The notes under the pieces: generated by a model
What the model was told of the DNA's origin: nothing
The model's database searches: none
The model's input: only the letters and a program-made list of their open reading frames with translations
Shown: positions 58,498 to 64,000 of the stretch, one piece after another
Layout: each line of letters begins with the position of its first letter
Position numbering within the stretch: position 1 is the stretch's first letter
From: a virus
Virus record (IMG/VR): IMGVR_UViG_3300046467_002136
Span: 32,001-96,000 of that record
DNA length: 64,000 bases
Reading direction: 5' to 3' (one strand)
Translations under genes and position numbers: made by a program

Positions 58498-61242
58498 ATG
58501 CCCGAGGCGCGCACGGACTCCGAAACTGCCAAGAAAGCACAGGCTCTAAGAGAGGCTGCTGAACTCGGCTGTACTGGTGCGCACCGTCATCCCGATGGAA
58601 CATGGATGGCGTGCAGCACAATGCAAGAATATGAGCGTCTCACCAATGGCGAAAAAGAAAAAAGCTCTTTAGATCTCATTGAGGAAACCCAGAAGATCCG
58701 TTCCCAAAAGGGTCGCAAGCGCAAGAAGAAAACTAAGCGCCAATGGGACAAGTTAAGGGAGCGAGGTGTCACTGGAATTGACACTCTGTCTGGTGGTGGA
58801 CTCGTATCCGGTAAGGGTATGACTTTTCGACCCGTAGACGGTGACACAGACGTTTTCGACAACATCAACCAAGCGCGTCGTAGAGCACGCCAATTGGGAT
58901 GTATCGGTGTATCTAGACGTACTTCCCGTAGTGGACGTAGGGTTTGGACCCCGTGCACCAACATGACGGACTATGCGCGCGCCACTGGTAGTACGGCTCT
59001 TGGAAGGCGCTACCAGCAAAGACTGGAACGTCAACGAATACGAAATATTGTTCGTGAAGAGCTATCTAAAATGAAACGACGTAAAAAGCGTTTATTTGAA
59101 GAAGTGTACGAAGCCAAAGGTATCGGTCGCCGTATCGGACGTGCTGCACGGTTTGACCCGAAGGCTTGGGATGGCGATCATGACATGATTGTCCAAGAGG
59201 GCACCCCATTTGAACGTCCTGCCATTCCTGGAATTAATACCAATCTTCCGGGGAGAAAAAAAAGAGGTATGCGCTCTGTTTGGGATGGGAAACCCGGCAC
59301 AGTTCAACGCCCAGAACCTAAAGCAAAACCAAAACCCGTAACCGACGAAGTCAGAATGGCGTCTCTCGGTAAGGAAATTGACAAGTTGCGGATAGGGAAA
59401 CTTAACCCTCTGCTTCAAGAACTCAAAAAAGCCCAAAAAGAAGGCGACCACGCGGGAGTTCTTCGCATCAGAAACTTGATGGCGCCACTTCAACAAGAAG
59501 AATCACGTCTTCGTGAAGAACTCGGCACCGCCATGGGTAAAAGCAGATCGGATCTATCGTTAGGAGCTTCTGCAAATGGTGGCGTGCGTTCCCGCCGTCA
59601 AATCGATCATATGCTTCAGACTCCGCAGCAAAATATTGCCGATATGGAAGCTGACATAGATGAGTATTTCGCCTTTTTGGATGAACATAGTCGAATTGAT
59701 TTTCAGAGACATTCCATCTATCGACCTGGCGATAAACGTATTCGGAAAATAGGAGAACCGTCAACAGACCAATATTCGAGTGGAGAAGAGTATGGAGCTT
59801 TACCTGAGATAGACCAAGACATTATCGAAGAGCATGACGATCTTTGGGGAAAGGTCGAGTGGTGGGCGAACTTTATTGAACAGTCAAGGATTGAACGCAA
59901 CGACTTGACAACCGAACTTAGAGAAAAAGAAGACGCGTTAGATAGCGCAACGGAAAGCGCTCATAGGCCATATCACGCAGATACTAGAGATTTCTTAAAA
60001 GCCATCGACGGTGACGAAGATAGAGACACCTTTATTGAGCGCACATACGGCCCCTTCGAAACCAACCAGAGAGATCTGGAATACGGTGGCAGTAGTGAAC
60101 CTGAGTGGCGTGAAGATCAATGGGGAAGGGATACCTTCAACCAGTACACCGACTACTGGGATGATTTGATTCGGATACGAGAAGAAACTTCATATATACA
60201 ATATGAAATAAACTCGATTCAGGATCAGATTGATAAATACCATGGGAACGGTACTGAATTCGCCAGAGACGATTATCGTAAAGCTCTAGAAGCCAAGCTG
60301 TCTAAAAAGACCAGCTCAGAAGTGATCAAGGGTGAGCTCGCTGAAGGGCGAATTGCTCTTGATCCTACTCAGGGTTTGCGTTCGCGTAGAGATCGTTTAA
60401 GCCCTAGTGAAAAAGAGTGGCTTAAGATGCTTCAAGATAATCCTGGTCTTTGGGCTGAAGCCCCAGCAAGCGTGCGAGCGATTGCTTCAGACAAGATGAA
60501 ACGTGAAGCACTCCAAATACGCAACGATTTTTCAGGTGGGATGCGAAGCGGACGCTTTGGTAGCGGCGGAAAAGCAATGGGCCAGCGAATACTTGCCAAG
60601 GTCAAGCCAGAACACAGAAACAAGGAAGATAGAACCCTTTACTTCATTGGCGGCACAACGGGTTCCGGTAAATCCACTTTAGTAAAAAATGGCTCCTTCG
60701 GCGTTCCGAACGATACTGAAGCTGCCCACATAGATCCGGATTTCATCAAAACGGGCTTAGAGGGCTGGGACCCCAAAAACGCCACCGCGTTTCACGGAGC
60801 ATCCGTTACAGCAACTCGCGGCGTTCTAGATAGTGCTGCCAACGCCAAGATGGACGTTGTTGTACAAGGCACAGGGAAACGAGCCGAACACCTCCATACT
60901 GCCAGATCGCGCGGCTATTCGACTGTTGGGCATTTTGTTTATGTCCCCGGCAACGAGGCGAATAAAAGAATTGCTCAACGAACAGCGGCTGGTGGGCCTG
61001 ACATCCCAACCGGTTTTGGTACCCAAATCGCTGGAGAACTAAAAGGCCATGTAAGCAGACAAATAACACAAGGCTTATATGACGAGTTCTTCTTATGGGA
61101 CAATACGGGAGATACACCAAGATTGATAGCATTCAGAAATAGGGATGGGCATTTCGAAATCAATAGCAGAACTGAGTTCGATGCTTTCTTTAGTGAGACC
61201 GGCGCAAAGTATGTAGAAAGGTATTGGAAAGATAACCAATGA
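58498..61242 (+). CDS. Polyvalent head-region protein with C-terminal zeta-toxin-like P-loop kinase
   Basis: 914 aa: two LGCxG..W.(P/A)C repeats (DUF3721-like), DGDHD tag, 4 G[MLV]RS sites, GGTTGSGKST, HIDPDFIK, LWDNTG. Confidence 0.78.
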   Translation: MPEARTDSETAKKAQALREAAELGCTGAHRHPDGTWMACSTMQEYERLTNGEKEKSSLDLIEETQKIRSQKGRKRKKKTKRQWDKLRERGVTGIDTLSGGGLVSGKGMTFRPVDGDTDVFDNINQARRRARQLGCIGVSRRTSRSGRRVWTPCTNMTDYARATGSTALGRRYQQRLERQRIRNIVREELSKMKRRKKRLFEEVYEAKGIGRRIGRAARFDPKAWDGDHDMIVQEGTPFERPAIPGINTNLPGRKKRGMRSVWDGKPGTVQRPEPKAKPKPVTDEVRMASLGKEIDKLRIGKLNPLLQELKKAQKEGDHAGVLRIRNLMAPLQQEESRLREELGTAMGKSRSDLSLGASANGGVRSRRQIDHMLQTPQQNIADMEADIDEYFAFLDEHSRIDFQRHSIYRPGDKRIRKIGEPSTDQYSSGEEYGALPEIDQDIIEEHDDLWGKVEWWANFIEQSRIERNDLTTELREKEDALDSATESAHRPYHADTRDFLKAIDGDEDRDTFIERTYGPFETNQRDLEYGGSSEPEWREDQWGRDTFNQYTDYWDDLIRIREETSYIQYEINSIQDQIDKYHGNGTEFARDDYRKALEAKLSKKTSSEVIKGELAEGRIALDPTQGLRSRRDRLSPSEKEWLKMLQDNPGLWAEAPASVRAIASDKMKREALQIRNDFSGGMRSGRFGSGGKAMGQRILAKVKPEHRNKEDRTLYFIGGTTGSGKSTLVKNGSFGVPNDTEAAHIDPDFIKTGLEGWDPKNATAFHGASVTATRGVLDSAANAKMDVVVQGTGKRAEHLHTARSRGYSTVGHFVYVPGNEANKRIAQRTAAGGPDIPTGFGTQIAGELKGHVSRQITQGLYDEFFLWDNTGDTPRLIAFRNRDGHFEINSRTEFDAFFSETGAKYVERYWKDNQ

Positions 61243-61313
61243 GAATTGCTTCACTTATTTGCGCTTCGTCATTCGCGATAGCTGTCTATTGGCATTACTG
61301 GTTTAAAAAATAA
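61239..61313 (+). CDS. Possible 24-aa hydrophobic mini-protein
   Basis: ATGA overlap with the kinase ORF stop; MRIASLICASSFAIAVYWHYWFKK. Confidence 0.3.
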   Translation: MRIASLICASSFAIAVYWHYWFKK

Positions 61314-61465
61314 ACCAGAAATAAACACCTGAATATTTGACAGTCTTCCCCTACTGATACCACTATCACTAGTATGCTATAACGTGTACCGGCTCGGGTG
61401 CTTACCTTGGGATCGGACGAACAATTAACAACCCACGTCCAATAACAAATCCCGAGGAGGGAAAT

Positions 61466-62800
61466 ATGAGCGAGGACACCTCCCGTCTTTCCGAATTGCA
61501 AACCGCAATGCGGACAAAGATGGATACAAACAAGGAGATCGCCGATTCTTTCGAAATCGAAGACGGCGTAGTCCAAGTCGATGCAGAACAGAAAACTGCT
61601 TTCGACAAAAACATGAAAGACATCAAAGAGATCAAAGGTCTCATTGATGGCATTCAGGAGATGGAAAAGACTCGCGAGTGGGGTTCACAGCCCACAACCG
61701 AGTCGGTAGCCGCAGAAGCTGCTGCCGAATGGGCGAGCACCCCTGAGATCAAAGAGGCCGTTCAGCAGTATCGCACTGTTGGCGCCGCCTTCCTTGACTC
61801 TGCGGAGTTCAAAGCCCTTGCCAATGGTGCTGCTGGCGCAAACATGCCTGCTCCGTTCACTGTCCCCGGAAGCCTTGCTTCTAAGGACATTTACGGTCAG
61901 AAAGATGTTTACACCGCTCTGCCGACCGGCACTCCTGGTTCTTTCGGAACCATTCAGCGTGACCCAATCGTCATGCCTCCACAGCGTACAAAGCGTGTTC
62001 GTGACTTGTTCCCGAGCCGCACAACCAACGCTGCTGTCATCGAGTACTTCCGGATGTCCGGCTTCACCAACAACGCTGCTGCAGTGTCTGAGCGCTCAGG
62101 TTCTCCTGAGGTCTTCACGGCCAAGCCGCAGTCGACGTTGGCGTTCGTCGGTGAGCAGGCCCCCGTGCGCACCCTTGCACACTGGGAAGCTGCTCACCGC
62201 AACGTGCTGGCAGACGAGCCGCAGCTCCGGTCGATCATCGACAACGAGCTTCTTTACGGCCTTCGCCTTCAGGAAGATGCGCAGATCATCAGCGGTGACG
62301 GTACCGGTGAAAACCTCACTGGTATCACTGTCGCCACTGGTATCCAGACCTACAGCTGGTCTGCAGGTGCATTCACTCCAGTACCCGACACCAAAGCGGA
62401 CGCCATCCGGCGTGCGGCAACTCTGTCGTTCCTTGCATACTACGAGCCCACGGGCGTCGTAATGCATCCGAACGACTGGGAAGACGTTGAGCTCACCAAA
62501 GATTCCAACGGCCAGTACTTGGTCGCGGTTTCTGTGGCGCTTGGCGGCGAGCCTCGCGTGTGGCGACTCCCTGTCATTGAGACTCCGGCAATGGCTGAAG
62601 GCACTTGTGTCGTCGGTGCATTCGGTACCGGTGCACAGCTCTATGACCGTGAGCAGGCCAGCATTCGGATCAGTGAACAGCATTCGGACTTCTTCATTCG
62701 TAACGCCATCGTGGTGCTTGCGGAGCAGAGGCTCGCTCTCGCTGTGAAGCGCCCTGAAGCGTTCGTGAAGGTTACCTTCAACAACGCTCCGACTTCCTAA
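61466..62800 (+). CDS. Major capsid protein (HK97 fold)
   Basis: Coiled-coil delta-like N-terminus, RVRDLFP, VRTLAHW, IISGDGTGENLTGI, VVMHPNDW, FIRNAIVVLAEQRLALAVKRPEAFVKV. GAGGAGG RBS and strong codon bias. Confidence 0.95.
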   Translation: MSEDTSRLSELQTAMRTKMDTNKEIADSFEIEDGVVQVDAEQKTAFDKNMKDIKEIKGLIDGIQEMEKTREWGSQPTTESVAAEAAAEWASTPEIKEAVQQYRTVGAAFLDSAEFKALANGAAGANMPAPFTVPGSLASKDIYGQKDVYTALPTGTPGSFGTIQRDPIVMPPQRTKRVRDLFPSRTTNAAVIEYFRMSGFTNNAAAVSERSGSPEVFTAKPQSTLAFVGEQAPVRTLAHWEAAHRNVLADEPQLRSIIDNELLYGLRLQEDAQIISGDGTGENLTGITVATGIQTYSWSAGAFTPVPDTKADAIRRAATLSFLAYYEPTGVVMHPNDWEDVELTKDSNGQYLVAVSVALGGEPRVWRLPVIETPAMAEGTCVVGAFGTGAQLYDREQASIRISEQHSDFFIRNAIVVLAEQRLALAVKRPEAFVKVTFNNAPTS

Positions 62801-62860
62801 TCTGACTTAGGAAGATGCTCTGCTTAGCAAATAGCTAGGTGGCACAGAGAAAAGCACAAT

Positions 62861-62897
62861 AGAAAGCCCCCGGTCCACAAAGGGCCGGGGGTTTTCT
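62861..62897 (+). terminator. Rho-independent terminator after the capsid gene (possibly bidirectional)
   Basis: AGAAAGCCCCCGGTCC-ACAAA-GGGCCGGGGGTTTTCT stem-loop with a T-rich tail. Confidence 0.85.
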
Positions 62898-62933
62898 ACT
62901 TCTATTGGGGTTTACAAGTAGTAATATCTAGTC

Positions 62934-63104
62934 GTGGCCAAGAATGCAAACGCAGATAATGACTACTGGGAAGAATACCAACGTCTCGGCAAAGACTTTA
63001 GGGGTGATCCTGAGGACTTTGAAGACTTAGTTGTCGAAGAAGAGCATCCGCGAGCTATAAGAAAAAAGCGGGCCGAGAACACGAAGTTCACCCAGAATGA
63101 TTAG
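62934..63104 (+). CDS. Small hypothetical protein (56 aa, below the ORF-track cutoff)
   Basis: GTG start 6 nt after TAATAT; MAKNANADNDYWEEYQRLGKDFRGDPEDF... Confidence 0.5.
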   Translation: MAKNANADNDYWEEYQRLGKDFRGDPEDFEDLVVEEEHPRAIRKKRAENTKFTQND

Positions 63105-63115
63105 GAGAAGTATTC

Positions 63116-63517
63116 ATGGAATGCCAATGTGATCCCAATTGCGAATGCCGTATGGAATCTAAATACTTCTATGCGGCAAAGGTTGTACGAGTAGTCGATG
63201 GTGACACTATCGACGCCATGATCGATGTCGGTTTCGACATTCATCACAAAGCTCGTCTTCGTCTTCTTGGGATAAATACCCCGGAGACTCGTACCAAGGA
63301 TTTGATTGAAAAGGCTGCGGGTAAGGCTGCCACGGCTTACGCCATCGATTGGCTTGATGGTCTCGACACGATCTACATTCAAACTCACAAAGACAAGAGC
63401 GGCAAGTTCGGACGAATATTGGCCGACATCTATTCTGATGAGAATAAGAGCGCCTGCTTGAATGAGGATCTGGTCGATGGGGGTCACGCCACGGTTTATC
63501 ATGGCGGTAAGCGCTGA
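63116..63517 (+). CDS. Thermonuclease (staphylococcal nuclease-like)
   Basis: VVRVVDGDTID, RLLGINTPET, KFGRILAD, LNEDLVDGGHA; AGGAG RBS. Confidence 0.92.
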   Translation: MECQCDPNCECRMESKYFYAAKVVRVVDGDTIDAMIDVGFDIHHKARLRLLGINTPETRTKDLIEKAAGKAATAYAIDWLDGLDTIYIQTHKDKSGKFGRILADIYSDENKSACLNEDLVDGGHATVYHGGKR

Positions 63518-63582
63518 TCGTCATTTCAGAATCTTAAACCCAAAGACGCCGCAAAGCAACTCCCCCGTGGTTCAATGTAGGT

Positions 63583-64000
63583 ATGACAACGGAGCATCGC
63601 AAATCTCCCCGACGCTCCATTGAGCGAATCGAACGACTCGGTGGTTGGGGGAAAGTCAAATACCACCACCACTTAGAGTGTGGCCATATAGAGGTCCGCA
63701 ACAGGGCGTCTACGGCACCCAAGATTGCCTGTGTTTGGTGTTTGAAGACAGCTGAGCGAGACTCCGAGTGGAGAAATCCGGGGGCCGCAGAAGAAAATTC
63801 CATCATAAGCGTTGACTACGACGCCATTCTAGGCCAAGATGAATTATTCATCGAGCGGACTCGTGCAGCACTCGCCAGAGAGCTCTCGGTTCCGTCCGAT
63901 GCTATAGACATAGTCGCCGTGGACGCCGGGGGAAGCTTGGAAATCCAGTCTGCGTTGGTGTTTCTATCGGTTGACGACGTAAATCGGATTACTAGGCGGA
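63583..64000 (+). CDS. Hypothetical protein with H/C zinc-like motif, truncated by the right edge
   Basis: ATG at 63583, open to the end; HHHLECGH...CVWC. Confidence 0.6.
   Translation, partial: MTTEHRKSPRRSIERIERLGGWGKVKYHHHLECGHIEVRNRASTAPKIACVWCLKTAERDSEWRNPGAAEENSIISVDYDAILGQDELFIERTRAALARELSVPSDAIDIVAVDAGGSLEIQSALVFLSVDDVNRITRR

Larger units (their letters stand above)
1..64000. mobile_element. Segment of a large myovirus-like tailed phage genome (contractile tail, HK97-fold capsid)
   Basis: Terminase, portal, prohead protease, major capsid, sheath, tube, tape measure, baseplate and holin genes tile the window. No host housekeeping genes or integrase were seen. Confidence 0.96.

Noticed and set aside
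34800-60549. GMRS sites as a DNA-level repeat or recombination site (attC-like)
   Set aside because: Third codon positions vary freely (GGN, CGN/AGG, TCN), there is no palindromic structure, and the motif is always in the coding frame. This points to protein-level selection, although microhomology use is not excluded.
33243-61242. Inteins or introns explaining the giant ORFs
   Set aside because: I saw no C/S...HN-C/S/T splice junctions or LAGLIDADG motifs; the modules are bounded by GMRS instead.
1-64000. tRNA or rRNA genes, integrase, endolysin, or an alternative genetic code
   Set aside because: None was recognised by eye. Standard-code ORFs tile the window with tight overlaps, leaving little intergenic space. 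A tRNAscan/Infernal run would be needed to exclude small RNAs at 19270-19410 and 61315-61465.

Overview
The whole window is part of a large tailed phage genome with a contractile tail and an HK97-type head. The host is probably an actinobacterium, inferred from an r1t-type holin and TAnnnT boxes 6-7 nt upstream of several start codons. Bases 1-21.9 kb (minus strand) carry tail fibres, holin, baseplate, tape measure, tail chaperone with a likely -1 frameshift, tube, sheath and neck genes. Bases 22-30.9 kb (minus) carry ParB-like and PAPS-reductase (IbrA/IbrB-like) genes, a 2OG-Fe(II) oxygenase, RuvC, HNH, a RecB-like nuclease, a Rad52-like annealase and the terminase large subunit. Bases 31-64 kb (plus) carry the portal, prohead protease, major capsid protein and a thermonuclease. 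The striking region is the ~28 kb between portal and capsid gene. The prohead protease is extended to 1743 aa and is followed by further giant ORFs (2243, 1117, 645, 1576 and 914 aa). These share a leader (K-A/G site, Arg/Gly-rich linker, then a DGDxDGxxQEGT or RCPxG..FTD..C tag). Four of them are divided by 24 copies of a G[M/L/V]RS tetrapeptide that bounds duplicated cassettes and predicted effector domains (ADP-ribosyltransferase-like, zeta-toxin kinase, ParB-like, zincin, DUF3626-like). My best reading is a virion-packaged, protease-processed 'effector polyprotein' system. All domain calls come from motif recognition by eye; no database search was run.
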